A stretch of 64,000 nucleotides of DNA from Planctomycetota bacterium (lineage in GTDB: Bacteria; Planctomycetota; UBA8742; UBA2392). The position numbers were made by a program, and so were the translations under genes. The stretch covers positions 2,821,188 through 2,885,187 of the forward strand of contig JADJRK010000001.1 in NCBI GenBank assembly GCA_016712285.1. Reading direction: 5' to 3'. Shown one piece after another: positions 46,812 through 56,868 of the stretch. The notes beneath the pieces were generated by a model, which ran no database searches, was not told where the DNA came from, and saw nothing but the letters and a program-made list of their open reading frames with translations. Numbering within the stretch: the first letter of the stretch is position 1; every line of letters begins with the position of its first letter.

Positions 46812-46978
46812 TTCAACGCGCATGGCGCAAGGTTACCGCGGCTGCACATCCGGGACTACTGCCGGCGGCGATTCAGGAACTTGCGGCCCCGGCGTGAAGA
46901 AACCGAGGTAAACTGAAAGTTAGGCTTGGCTTTCAATAACGACGTGATAGACTGCATAACGTCGTTATAGGTGACACC

Positions 46979-48184
46979 ATGGCAAGACTGCGCAAGAAAC
47001 TTCCGTTCCGCGAACTCGGCATTGCCGTCAAAATGCTGCGCGGCTGGAGCAACAACCGCAAGCGCCACATCACGCCGTTCCGCGAATTGACCCTGCCCAA
47101 CGGCAGCCTGCAATTGATCGACGGCGTGCCCCTGGCCCGCGTGCGCGGCACACCGCGCGAAATGGGCCGCGCGCTCGGCAACCTGGTCGGCGTGCAAGCC
47201 GCCGAGACCTTCCATAGTTACATGCAGTGTTTCGCGCCCGACTTCAAAGGCGACCTGGCGTTGGCCCGCGAAATGGAACCCAACCTGCCGCCCTGGCTAG
47301 TCGAAGAAATGCGCGGTTTCAGCGAAACCAGTGAACTCACTTACGACGAGATGCTGGTCGGCCAGTGCTTTCTCGACATTCACAAGGTCGCCGCGTGCAG
47401 CACCATCGCCGTGCACGACAAGCAAAGCGAACGCGGCGAAATGCTGCTTGGCCGCAACCTCGACTTCCCCAGCCTTCACATCGCCGACGAAGCCAACATG
47501 GTCGTGGTCTATGAACCACTGGACGCCCCCGCCTACGCCGGCGTCACCTGGCCCGGCTTTCTGGGCATCTTGACCGGTTTGAACACCGCCGGCTTGGCGC
47601 TGTCGATGATGCTGGTCTACGGTCAATCGCGCCACGAGCACCTGACAGGCCAGCCATTCCCGACCGTGTTCCGGCGCCTGCTGCACGAGTGTGCCACCGT
47701 GCGCGAAGCCGACACGCTGCTGCAAACCCGACCCTACTGTACTGCGACCAATTTGATTCTCGGCGACAGCAGCCGCACCGCCGCCCGCTTTCAACTGCAC
47801 CCGCGCCAGGCCGTCGTCGAGTACACCAGCGCCGAGCGCCCGGTGACGGCGTGCACGAACCACTATCACGACAAGCGCATCAAGGGGTTCGCGTTCACGT
47901 GGTTCAGCAGCGTGGTGCGCTACAACAAGATGCTCAAGCGCATCAACAGCGGCCAGACCTGGGACACGCACAAGATCAAGCTTGCGCTGCAAGCCACCGG
48001 CATTCCCGCCATCAACCTGCAACGCACGATCATGCGCCCGGAGCAGCTGAGCATGGAAGTGAGCTTCCAGAACAACGGCCGCGCCTTCGGCCGCTGGGTA
48101 AACCTGCCCCGCGAACTGCTGTTCTCCGAGTCTGCGGCGCAACAACCCGCACCCGAGGCACTTTCCGTGTCCGCGGCCCAATGA
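46979..48184 (+). CDS. C45-family (acyl-CoA:6-APA acyltransferase-like) Ntn hydrolase
   Basis: 401-aa ORF with a candidate nucleophile Cys in AACSTIAV and overall C45/choloylglycine-hydrolase-like organisation; assignment tentative. Confidence 0.5.
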   Translation: MARLRKKLPFRELGIAVKMLRGWSNNRKRHITPFRELTLPNGSLQLIDGVPLARVRGTPREMGRALGNLVGVQAAETFHSYMQCFAPDFKGDLALAREMEPNLPPWLVEEMRGFSETSELTYDEMLVGQCFLDIHKVAACSTIAVHDKQSERGEMLLGRNLDFPSLHIADEANMVVVYEPLDAPAYAGVTWPGFLGILTGLNTAGLALSMMLVYGQSRHEHLTGQPFPTVFRRLLHECATVREADTLLQTRPYCTATNLILGDSSRTAARFQLHPRQAVVEYTSAERPVTACTNHYHDKRIKGFAFTWFSSVVRYNKMLKRINSGQTWDTHKIKLALQATGIPAINLQRTIMRPEQLSMEVSFQNNGRAFGRWVNLPRELLFSESAAQQPAPEALSVSAAQ

Positions 48185-48320
48185 ACCGGCAATCCGTGAG
48201 TTCAGTAACGCACAGAAAAATTTGCGCGGAAGGCGGGCGCGTCTTTGCGCGAGTTGAGTAAACTGCCGGGCGGACGATCAGGGGTGCGGCTGGATGCGAT
48301 CTGCTGGTGGCAAAGTAATC

Positions 48321-51300
48321 ATGGGGGCGGTGGCCGGCGTCGTTGTCGTCGTGCTGCTGCTGCTGTTGAACGCCAACGTCAATGCGCCAGCACCTCACGA
48401 CGAAGCCGGAAACACGCCCCTCACCAACAAGCCGCAGAACAAGGGCAACGAGCCCGATCATCCGTCCAATACACCGCAGGATCCGCCGCCGGACGACCCG
48501 CCACCAGACGTGCCCGAAGACCCACCCGAGGTTGTGCTTGAGCCGCTGCCGGGGCCGAAGATCGAGGTGCAGGTCAAGGTGCGCGTATTGACGCCCGCCG
48601 GCAGCCCGGTGTCCGGAGCTACCGTTTCCCTGCGCGCGATGCCGCGCGGGCACCAGTTTGAAGAAGATTGGTTTGAGCCACCCGAGCTGGTTGAGCTGAA
48701 GTCAGGCACGACCGACGGCGCCGGGGAAGCACAGTTCGACGTGTACATCGGCACGGACAGCAACGGCGAGCGCATGCTGCAGGCACACGCGGCTGCGCAA
48801 GGCTATGCCCCGGGCCGCTCAGCCACGACACTCTTGAACGTTCACAATCACACGTGCCTGCTGACGCTGCGGCTGCATGCGGAATGCGCAATCCTGGGGC
48901 GGGTCGTAGACAGCGCGGGCAACGGGGTCTCCGGCGCGCGGGTAAACGCATACGTGTTCGGCGCGTCGACCACGCTGCCTTGGGCCAGCACCGACAGCGG
49001 GCAGGACGGGCGTTTTCGTATCGACAACATGCCCGCGACAGCCGGCATCATTGGCGCCCGCGCCGCGGGTTTCGCGCAGGCCTGGCCATGGAACTACCGC
49101 TACACGCCGATCCCGCCTGAGCACGACGTGGGCGACCTTGTGCTGCAAGCCACCGGCGGCGTGACTGGCCGCGTGCTGGACCCGTCCGGCAACCCATTGC
49201 CGGGGGCGCACGTCTTTGTGCGTCCGACCGACACGTTGTTCGGCGGTGAAGACACCGCGCAGACGGATGCGGACGGGCGCTTCACAATCGCCGAGCTGCG
49301 GCACGGGGCCGGCACGTACCGTCTGGCGGTCTGCCACGCCAAGTTCGCGCGCGCGCTGCTCGAAGAATTCGACGTGGCGTCAGGCCAGGTCACCGACGTC
49401 GGCGACCAGCGCGTCACCGCAGGTGCCACCCTGACGGTCAAGGTCACGCATGAACGCGATGCGCCGCTGGGCGGCGCGCTTGTGCGCGTGCTGTATCGCG
49501 GCGCGCACTCGGAACTCGGCCACGCCTGGATGCGCCAACGCGGCCAAGCAACCACGGGTGCCGACGGCATCGCCAGGCTTGTGGGCATGGACGCGGGCAG
49601 TTGGTCGCTGAAAGTCAGTGCCGCAGGGTTTGCAAGCCACAGGGCTGAACTGGAAATGGCCGGGGACCTTGAACATCCGGTGCGGCTGGCCGCCGGCAGC
49701 ACAGTGGAAGGCAAGCTGCTCACGCACGAACGGTTGCCAGCTGCAGGCGCACTGGTGGGGCTGATTTCGTCTGACAGTTCGTCGTACGAGAAGCTCAAGG
49801 ACGGCACGCTTGCGCTAACGGGCGTTGACTGGCCTCCGCGGACCGCAGTGCCCGCGGTGCGCACGGACGCGCAAGGAATGTTTGTTATGAACGACGTTGC
49901 CCCGGGCGCCTATCTGCTCGCGGCCGTTGACTTTGAAGGCCGGGCTTCGCTGGTTGACGGCAGCGTGAATGTGCCACCGCTGTCTGTACTGGACCTGGGA
50001 GAGTTGACGTTTCCGGCCCTCTCAAGGCTGCTGGTGGAAGTCACAGATGATGGCGTGCCCCAGGCCGGGCTGGAACTGCGCATTGTAAAGGACTCGACGC
50101 ACCAGGTCGCCACTACAGACAGCGCGGGAGTGGCGCTCTTTCCCGATCTTCAGCCGGGCGCGTGGCTGGTCATGACTGGCGACGAAGACCTTGCGCCCTC
50201 GTTGCCCGAAGCCGACGCGCGCCGCGTGCAGGTGGTTGAGGGGCGCGACGTGCAGTTCAAGCTCGAGTTGCCGGGGCCGGGGCGCTCGCGCGTCGTTGGC
50301 CGCCTGAGTGTGAACTCGCGGCACGTGTTTCACCGGGTCGTGCTTGAGCGCGAGGGCGCCCGCTATTGGGCCGACGTGGGCGATGACGGGCGCTTCGAGA
50401 TTGGGTCGGTGCTGCACGGTGCCTACGAGTTGAAGGCATACCAGGCAAGCCGTGTCGAAGCCGCGCTGCCCGTGCAGGTGGGCCCGGACGACGGCATCGC
50501 TGAGATCAACCTCGACTTCAGCGGCGGCTCAGTCTCAGGTCGCGTGGAAGGCGGCAACGCCGAAAGCGTGGTGCTGCTGCAGAAGATCGACGCCGAAAGC
50601 TCTCACTTTCGGGCCGAGACGAAGTGTGACGCCAACGGCGTGTTCGACTTCAGCGGGGTGCCCGCGGGGCGCTGGCGGCTGGGCGTCGCGGGCACATCGG
50701 GTGCCGCCCATGTGGATATCGACGTTGGGGCAGTTGATGTCACGGATGTTGTGCTGCAACCCGCGCCGGCCGGCTCGCTGGTGGTGATCGTCGCCAAGCT
50801 GATTGGCAACCCGGGCACCAACATGTTCGTCGCGCGTCTGCGTGACTCGCAAGGCCACCTGATCTTGCCCGGGGACGGCGTCTTCCCCAGTGAGGGCGCA
50901 CGGGTCGTCATCGAGGGCATTGAGCCCGGCGACTACACGCTGGAATTCACCGGCATGGGCTATGCCAGCCGCTACGCGCCGGTCAGCATTAAGGCTGGTG
51001 AGCGCACCGAGGTCTCCCTTGAGTTGCCCGCGGCGGCAACAGCAACCATTGAACTCTCCGGTGAGGGTCTCGATGCAACGGCCGTGGCACAAGCCGCCGT
51101 CGAATGGCTGGACAGCGCTGGCAAGCCGATTCGTGTGCCGTACTGGCAAGGCAAGCCGCGCCAGAAGTCGGCGCTCGAGCTTGAGGTGCCGGGGTTGATG
51201 CCCGAGGTGAAACAGGTCGTATTGACTGTGCCCGGGTACAAGCCCGCGACCCTGACCATTGATTTCAAGCCGGGTGCGAAACTGTCGCTGAAGTACCAGC

Positions 51301-51326
51301 TCAGCCCGGCAGTTGAGCCGGAATAA
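48321..51326 (+). CDS. giant membrane-anchored protein with about 8 carboxypeptidase-regulatory-like domains
   Basis: Track ORF 48294..51326; TM anchor, Pro-rich linker, then repeated modules with GxVxDxxGxPLPGAxV and DADGRF/DSAGxA-type turns. Confidence 0.6.
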   Translation: MGAVAGVVVVVLLLLLNANVNAPAPHDEAGNTPLTNKPQNKGNEPDHPSNTPQDPPPDDPPPDVPEDPPEVVLEPLPGPKIEVQVKVRVLTPAGSPVSGATVSLRAMPRGHQFEEDWFEPPELVELKSGTTDGAGEAQFDVYIGTDSNGERMLQAHAAAQGYAPGRSATTLLNVHNHTCLLTLRLHAECAILGRVVDSAGNGVSGARVNAYVFGASTTLPWASTDSGQDGRFRIDNMPATAGIIGARAAGFAQAWPWNYRYTPIPPEHDVGDLVLQATGGVTGRVLDPSGNPLPGAHVFVRPTDTLFGGEDTAQTDADGRFTIAELRHGAGTYRLAVCHAKFARALLEEFDVASGQVTDVGDQRVTAGATLTVKVTHERDAPLGGALVRVLYRGAHSELGHAWMRQRGQATTGADGIARLVGMDAGSWSLKVSAAGFASHRAELEMAGDLEHPVRLAAGSTVEGKLLTHERLPAAGALVGLISSDSSSYEKLKDGTLALTGVDWPPRTAVPAVRTDAQGMFVMNDVAPGAYLLAAVDFEGRASLVDGSVNVPPLSVLDLGELTFPALSRLLVEVTDDGVPQAGLELRIVKDSTHQVATTDSAGVALFPDLQPGAWLVMTGDEDLAPSLPEADARRVQVVEGRDVQFKLELPGPGRSRVVGRLSVNSRHVFHRVVLEREGARYWADVGDDGRFEIGSVLHGAYELKAYQASRVEAALPVQVGPDDGIAEINLDFSGGSVSGRVEGGNAESVVLLQKIDAESSHFRAETKCDANGVFDFSGVPAGRWRLGVAGTSGAAHVDIDVGAVDVTDVVLQPAPAGSLVVIVAKLIGNPGTNMFVARLRDSQGHLILPGDGVFPSEGARVVIEGIEPGDYTLEFTGMGYASRYAPVSIKAGERTEVSLELPAAATATIELSGEGLDATAVAQAAVEWLDSAGKPIRVPYWQGKPRQKSALELEVPGLMPEVKQVVLTVPGYKPATLTIDFKPGAKLSLKYQLSPAVEPE

Positions 51327-51418
51327 CGCAGCGAAAGCAGGCGTGGGACAGCTAGCCGTTGCGGCCAGATGTTGGCGCTTGTTCCCACGGCCTGTGGCCT
51401 TTCCTATATTGCCTGCCC

Positions 51419-53566
51419 ATGCCCGACACCCTTGCATGTGAAAGCCGCATTTCGCGCGTGGTGGTTTACGCGCGCGGCGCGGTCGTAACGCGCGAAGTTG
51501 AGCTGCCGGTGTCGGTGCCGCCGGAGGGCGTGACGCTTGAGCTTCGCGGCATTACGTCCCTTGCCGAACCGGCGAGCTTTCGCACGTCCGTTGATGGCGA
51601 ACGCATTGTCACCAGCCTGCGCGCGCCACTGATCGCGCCTGTAACGCCCCCGCCGCCAACTCCGGACGAAGCGCTGGTATCGAAGCTGCAACGCGAGATC
51701 AGCCGGCTGAACGAACTGACCCAGCGCAAGCAGCGACAACGCGATGCCGTCGCCGCCATGTCGATCGACGCGGACTTGAAGGCACCGAAAGAGACTGAGT
51801 CAGATGGCGCTGGCGGTGCTGGTGGTATTGAAAAGCGCGTTGGCGACGTGCTGGCAATCAGTGCTTTGCAGCATGAAATCCTGACTGCACTGGACGCAGA
51901 GCTCGATGCGCTGGCCGAGAAAGTCCGTGCCAAGGGCACCGAGCTGAAGGCGGCCCGCAACCCGGCGCGCGCAGCCGCCGGCACCCAGTACTCTCGCTCG
52001 GCCCAGGTCACGCTGGCACCCGGCAGCGCGCAGTTGCGCAAGCTGGAGGTCTCCTACACCGTGCGCCCGGCGCGCTGGTGGCCCGCTTATTCGGCGCGGC
52101 TTGAGGGCGGCGGCAAGCACGCCCACTTCGCGCTGGAAGCGTTCGTCGCACAGGTCAGCGGCGAGAACTGGACCGGCGCGCGCATTGCACTGTGCACCGC
52201 CGACATGCTGACCGACGTGACGCTGCCTGAACTGGCCAGCCTGCGCCTCGGCCGCCGACAGCCGCCCCGCCGCACCGGTTTTCGCGCGCCGCCTGAGGGC
52301 CTGGACGCACTGTTTGCCGGGTACGACAGCTTTGTCACACCGCCGCAGATCCCGATGCCCGCGATCGCCGAGCCATCGCCCCGCGACTACGGCGAAGACA
52401 TGGACGACATGGTGGTGGGCTCAGTCTCTGCAATGCCCGAAGAGGAATGGCAGCAGGCACCAACCATGTCTGCGCCTGCCGCGCCGGCTTCGGGCTTTGG
52501 CGGTGCCGCAGACATGCGGATGGAAGCCAAGGCCATGCCGCGGCAGTCTGCACCGGCGAAGTCCGCAAAGAAGGGCCGCGGCGATGCCAGCCGCGACAGG
52601 CTCAAGGATGCTGGCGTCGAGCGCTCACGCTCGCTGAAGCGCAGCGTGGAGATGGAATCCGCCGACGAGGCGGGCGGCGCGGCGCTGGACGAAGACTACG
52701 AGGGCGCCGACGGAGTCGAAGAAGATTTTGCCGACGAGGGCGCAGACGCCGAGTCCTGGCTTGACTTCGACACACTGGAAGTGACACCCGGCGAAGTCTA
52801 TGGCCGCGGCCGGCTTGCGCGCGGCAGCGTGGCCTCGGCGCCGGGGTTGCACCAGGCGCTCAATCATCTGGAAGGGCTGGCCGGCCCGGGCGGCAGCTCG
52901 GACCCGCGCTATTCGCGCGGCATGTTTGACCACCAGTTCGAAGCCGAGGACCTGGTCGAAATCCCCGCCGACGGCACCGCCCACCGCATTCGGCTGCTGA
53001 GCCGCCCCGCAAAGTCGCGCATGCGCATGCGCTGTGTGCCCCTGGCCGACGAGCGCGTGTTTCGTGAAGTCGAGCTGGAGAACCCGCTGGAGGCGCCGCT
53101 GCTGCCCGGCCCGGTGGACGTGTTCATGGATGGCGCATTGCTGATCACCGCGCAGGTTGGCTCGGTAGACCGCGGCGGCACTGTGCGCTTCGGGCTAGGC
53201 GAAGAGCAACGCGTGACCGTGGCCCGCAACATGCGCGCCAGCGAAGAAACCAAGGGTCTGCTCGGCGGCAAGGCGTCTGTGGCGCACGTGGTGACGCTGG
53301 AAGTCGCATCGTCGCTGCCTGCCGAGATTGAACTGGAATTGATTGAGCGGGTACCAGTCGCAGCGGGCAAAGACATCCACATTGAAGTCAACAGCAGCAC
53401 GCCCAAAGCCGAGCTGTACAAGCAAGAAGAGCGCGACTACCCGGTCAAGGGCGGCTATCGCTGGTTGTTGAAACTGCCGGCAGGCGGCAAACAGGAAGTG
53501 AAGCTGCAGTACACGCTGGCGTTTGACAAAGACTATGAAGTTGAGGGGGGCAACCGTCGTGCCTGA
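51419..53566 (+). CDS. DUF4139-type protein (mucoidy-inhibitor MuiA-like), paralog 1
   Basis: Track ORF 51359..53566; beta-rich N-terminus, coiled coil, acidic low-complexity insert and C-terminal domain matching the DUF4140/DUF4139 layout as recalled. Confidence 0.55.
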   Translation: MPDTLACESRISRVVVYARGAVVTREVELPVSVPPEGVTLELRGITSLAEPASFRTSVDGERIVTSLRAPLIAPVTPPPPTPDEALVSKLQREISRLNELTQRKQRQRDAVAAMSIDADLKAPKETESDGAGGAGGIEKRVGDVLAISALQHEILTALDAELDALAEKVRAKGTELKAARNPARAAAGTQYSRSAQVTLAPGSAQLRKLEVSYTVRPARWWPAYSARLEGGGKHAHFALEAFVAQVSGENWTGARIALCTADMLTDVTLPELASLRLGRRQPPRRTGFRAPPEGLDALFAGYDSFVTPPQIPMPAIAEPSPRDYGEDMDDMVVGSVSAMPEEEWQQAPTMSAPAAPASGFGGAADMRMEAKAMPRQSAPAKSAKKGRGDASRDRLKDAGVERSRSLKRSVEMESADEAGGAALDEDYEGADGVEEDFADEGADAESWLDFDTLEVTPGEVYGRGRLARGSVASAPGLHQALNHLEGLAGPGGSSDPRYSRGMFDHQFEAEDLVEIPADGTAHRIRLLSRPAKSRMRMRCVPLADERVFREVELENPLEAPLLPGPVDVFMDGALLITAQVGSVDRGGTVRFGLGEEQRVTVARNMRASEETKGLLGGKASVAHVVTLEVASSLPAEIELELIERVPVAAGKDIHIEVNSSTPKAELYKQEERDYPVKGGYRWLLKLPAGGKQEVKLQYTLAFDKDYEVEGGNRRA

Positions 53567-55106
53567 TCCCGCGACAACCCCAAGCAAGGCGCAACTCGTG
53601 CGGTTCTTTGAGGACCGGGCCGAGGTCGTGCGCACCGCCACCGTGAGTCTGCACGAAGGAACGCAGTGGGTGCGCGTGTCGGGCGCAGGCTTGTTCGTGC
53701 ATGACCGCAGCGTGCAGGCGCGCGTTCTGTCGGGCGGCGCCACGGTACTGGCTGCCCGCGTGACCCGGCACACGCGCGAGACGCCGGCTCTGCCCGCCGA
53801 CGAGGTGGCCGGGCTGACCAGCAAGATCACCGAGTTGCACCGCGAGATGCAGCGCCAGCAGCTGTTGCAGTCGCGCCACAACACGCGCGCGAGTATCGCC
53901 GAGGCATTGCTGCGGCGCTGGGCCCTGACGCTGGCTGTCCAACAGCGCCTGGAAGGCAGCGAGAGCATTGAGCACTGGAAGAAAGCCTGGCAGGCCCTGC
54001 TGGCGCGCATTGACGACGCTTATGGCAACGTGCAGTCCATTCGCGAACGCATTGAGGACGTGCAGGTTGAGCTGGCACAGCTTCAGCAGCGGGTCGCCCT
54101 GGGCGAAACCACGCAGCAGCACAATGAATGCCTGGTCGAGGTGCAGTTGTCTGCGCGCGCTGGCGGCGACTGCGAAATTGAACTGACCTACCGCACGCCG
54201 TGCGCGCTGTGGCGCCCCGAGCATGCGGCACGGCTGATTGCGGGCAAAGAGCCCGCCATCGAGTGGGCCAGCTTCGGCGTGGTGTGGCATCGCGCCGGCG
54301 AAGACTGGAGCGACGTCGAGGTGCGCTTCTCGACAGCAAGGCCGGCTGCAATCGCCGACGCGCCGAACATCGACGACGACGTGCTGAGCCTGCGCAAGAA
54401 GACCGCCGAGGAACGCAAAGAGATCAGGGTCGAAGTGCGCGAGCAGACAATCGCCAGCGCGGGCAAGCGCGAAGAACCGGAAATGCCCGGCGTAGACGAC
54501 GGCGGCAAGCCCGTCGAGTTCGCGCCCAAGGGCCGTTTCAAGCTTACGGGCGATGGCAAACCGATCCGTGTTGAGATCAGCAAGCGCACGCTCAAGTGCA
54601 GCATCGAGCGCGCCCTGTACCCCGAGCGCGCGCAAACGGCGTTTCTGAAGGCGACGGCAAACTGGCAGGGCGACGCGCCGCTGCTGGCAGGACCGCTGGC
54701 ACTGGCCCGCGGCGCCTCATTGATCGGGCGCTCACGTGCCGGGTTTGTCGGCGTGGGCGAACGCTTTGACACCGGGTTCGGGCCCGAAGACGGCATGCGC
54801 TGCAAACGAAGCGTCAGCGAACAGCGCGAAACCGCGAAGCTGACGGGCTCGCAGACCATCACCCGCGAGGTCACGCTGCGCATCAGCAACCTGTCCGATG
54901 AAACGCGCCCGCTGGCCATCACCGAGCGCCTGCCCGTCAGCGAAATCGAAGGCCTCGAGGTCAAGCCGCTTGATTTAAAGGGCTGGGAGCACGACCAGAC
55001 GGATGGCTACGTGAAACGCACCCTCGAGCTGAAGCCGCGCGAGAACCTGACACTGACGCTCAAGTACGAAATCCGCGCCAAGTCGAACGTGGTACTTCCC
55101 TTCTGA
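53535..55106 (+). CDS. DUF4139-type protein (MuiA-like), paralog 2
   Basis: Track ORF 53523..55106 (TTG); ATG at 53535 overlaps the end of paralog 1 by about 30 nt; same domain order. Confidence 0.55.
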   Translation: MKLRGATVVPDPATTPSKAQLVRFFEDRAEVVRTATVSLHEGTQWVRVSGAGLFVHDRSVQARVLSGGATVLAARVTRHTRETPALPADEVAGLTSKITELHREMQRQQLLQSRHNTRASIAEALLRRWALTLAVQQRLEGSESIEHWKKAWQALLARIDDAYGNVQSIRERIEDVQVELAQLQQRVALGETTQQHNECLVEVQLSARAGGDCEIELTYRTPCALWRPEHAARLIAGKEPAIEWASFGVVWHRAGEDWSDVEVRFSTARPAAIADAPNIDDDVLSLRKKTAEERKEIRVEVREQTIASAGKREEPEMPGVDDGGKPVEFAPKGRFKLTGDGKPIRVEISKRTLKCSIERALYPERAQTAFLKATANWQGDAPLLAGPLALARGASLIGRSRAGFVGVGERFDTGFGPEDGMRCKRSVSEQRETAKLTGSQTITREVTLRISNLSDETRPLAITERLPVSEIEGLEVKPLDLKGWEHDQTDGYVKRTLELKPRENLTLTLKYEIRAKSNVVLPF

Positions 55107-55455
55107 ACAACTGGATGGGTACCAGCATCAGATTGCCGGCTGAGGTCTACAGTCGACGGTCGACAGTTCACGGTAACTGCGGCTACTTGCAGTAACCGTA
55201 GACTGTGAACCGTTGACCGTGAACCTGCTCCCTGACTCTGGTGGTCATGCAATTCTGAACAAGCGAGTGGTCCGGAACCCGCCGCGCCAAAGGCCCGGCG
55301 GGCGGTGAGGCTTTGCAGGCACGGCGCACGTGTCATTTTGGACAAGTTAGGTCTTTTGGGCCACTTTTATCCATTTTATATTGTCCGTTGAAATTTTAAA
55401 CCGCCGGTATAATATTCGCCCGTGATGCAGCCCCGCTGCACTTCGGGAGAGAGCA

Positions 55456-56868
55456 ATGCCGGACGCCGACCCACCTGCCACCCACGACGAGTTCGGCCTC
55501 GTCAAATTCCACATCATCGCCGGGATCACGTGGCTGTTTGTCGGCATGCTGGCCGGCACGCTGATGGGCTACCGCCTGTCGGGCGCCGCCGCAGCCGAGT
55601 TCATCGGCGACATCGCCGAGCTGAGCTACGGCCGCGTACGCATGCTGCACACCCACGCCGTGGTCTTCGGCTGGCTGAGCAATGGCTTCCTGGCGTTCAG
55701 CTACTACGCAATCCCTAAACTGACCGGGCGACGCCTGTGGATGCGCGGGTTGGCGCGGGGCAACGCGGTGTTCTTCCAGGTGGCGGTGCTGGTGGGCGCG
55801 ATCGGGTTGCTGACCGGGCACGCCGAGGGCGTGGAGTACGCTGAGGCGCCGTGGTGGGCCGACGTCGTATTTGCGCTCAGCTTCGTGGGCGCGGTGCTGG
55901 TCAACGTCGGCACGATCCTGACCAGCGGCGTGAAGAACATGTACGTCACGCTGTGGTACCTAATACTCGGGTTCGTGTTCACCACGCTGAACTTCGTGAT
56001 GGCCAACACCATCGTTGCCCACGTTGCGCCGGGCGCCGCGGGCGCAAGCATCGAGGGCCTGTGGATTCACAACGCCGTCGGCCTGTGGGTCACGCCGATG
56101 GGTGTTGCGATCATCTACTATCTGCTGCCCGTGATCCTCAAGCGCCCGATTGCCAGCCACAAGTTGAGCTTGCTGGGCTTCTGGACACTGGCCTTCTTTT
56201 ACCCACTGGGCGGCAGCCACCATTTCTTTTACTCGCCGACGCCGTGGTGGTTGCAGGTACTGGCTGTGCCGCTGACGTTCACGCTGATCTTTGTGGTCTA
56301 CAGTGTCGTCTACAACTTCTTCGCGACGATGAAGGGCCGCTGGAAAGAGATTGCGAAAGACATCCCGCTGCGCTGGCTGACGTTCGGCTTGATCAACTAC
56401 ATCATCACCTGCACGCAGGGCCCGTTTCACGCGCTGCTGAGCGTGCAGCAGGTCATCCACTTCACCGACTGGGTGGTGGCGCACGCGCACTTGGCACTGT
56501 TCGGCGTGTTCTCGTGGTGGGTGTACGCGTTCATTTACTGGATCTGGCCCAAGCTCACGGGTCGCGCCTACTCGCGCGCCTTTGCCGAGTGGCACTTCTG
56601 GTTGACACTCGTCAGCTTCTGGGTGCTGTACTACGTGGCCGACACCGTCGCCGGCCTCATGCAGGGCATGTTCTGGCTGACCACACTGCCGCTGCAGGAT
56701 TCCATCGAAGCAGCATTGCCCTTCTGGGCCACGCGCGCCATTTCTGGCGTGTTGATCCTGGCCGGCACAATCTGCTTCGTGATCAGCCTGGCCCGCAAGG
56801 GCAAGCCTGTCATTGACGACGACACGAAACAGCCGCAAGCGCAACCGGAGGTCGCACATGTCGAATGA
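55456..56868 (+). CDS. ccoN: cbb3-type cytochrome c oxidase subunit I
   Basis: 12-TM heme-copper oxidase with CcoN-like His ligand regions (MLHTHAVVFGWLSNGF, HNAVGLWVTPMG, WVVAHAHLALFG); AT-rich promoter-like region upstream. Confidence 0.85.
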   Translation: MPDADPPATHDEFGLVKFHIIAGITWLFVGMLAGTLMGYRLSGAAAAEFIGDIAELSYGRVRMLHTHAVVFGWLSNGFLAFSYYAIPKLTGRRLWMRGLARGNAVFFQVAVLVGAIGLLTGHAEGVEYAEAPWWADVVFALSFVGAVLVNVGTILTSGVKNMYVTLWYLILGFVFTTLNFVMANTIVAHVAPGAAGASIEGLWIHNAVGLWVTPMGVAIIYYLLPVILKRPIASHKLSLLGFWTLAFFYPLGGSHHFFYSPTPWWLQVLAVPLTFTLIFVVYSVVYNFFATMKGRWKEIAKDIPLRWLTFGLINYIITCTQGPFHALLSVQQVIHFTDWVVAHAHLALFGVFSWWVYAFIYWIWPKLTGRAYSRAFAEWHFWLTLVSFWVLYYVADTVAGLMQGMFWLTTLPLQDSIEAALPFWATRAISGVLILAGTICFVISLARKGKPVIDDDTKQPQAQPEVAHVE

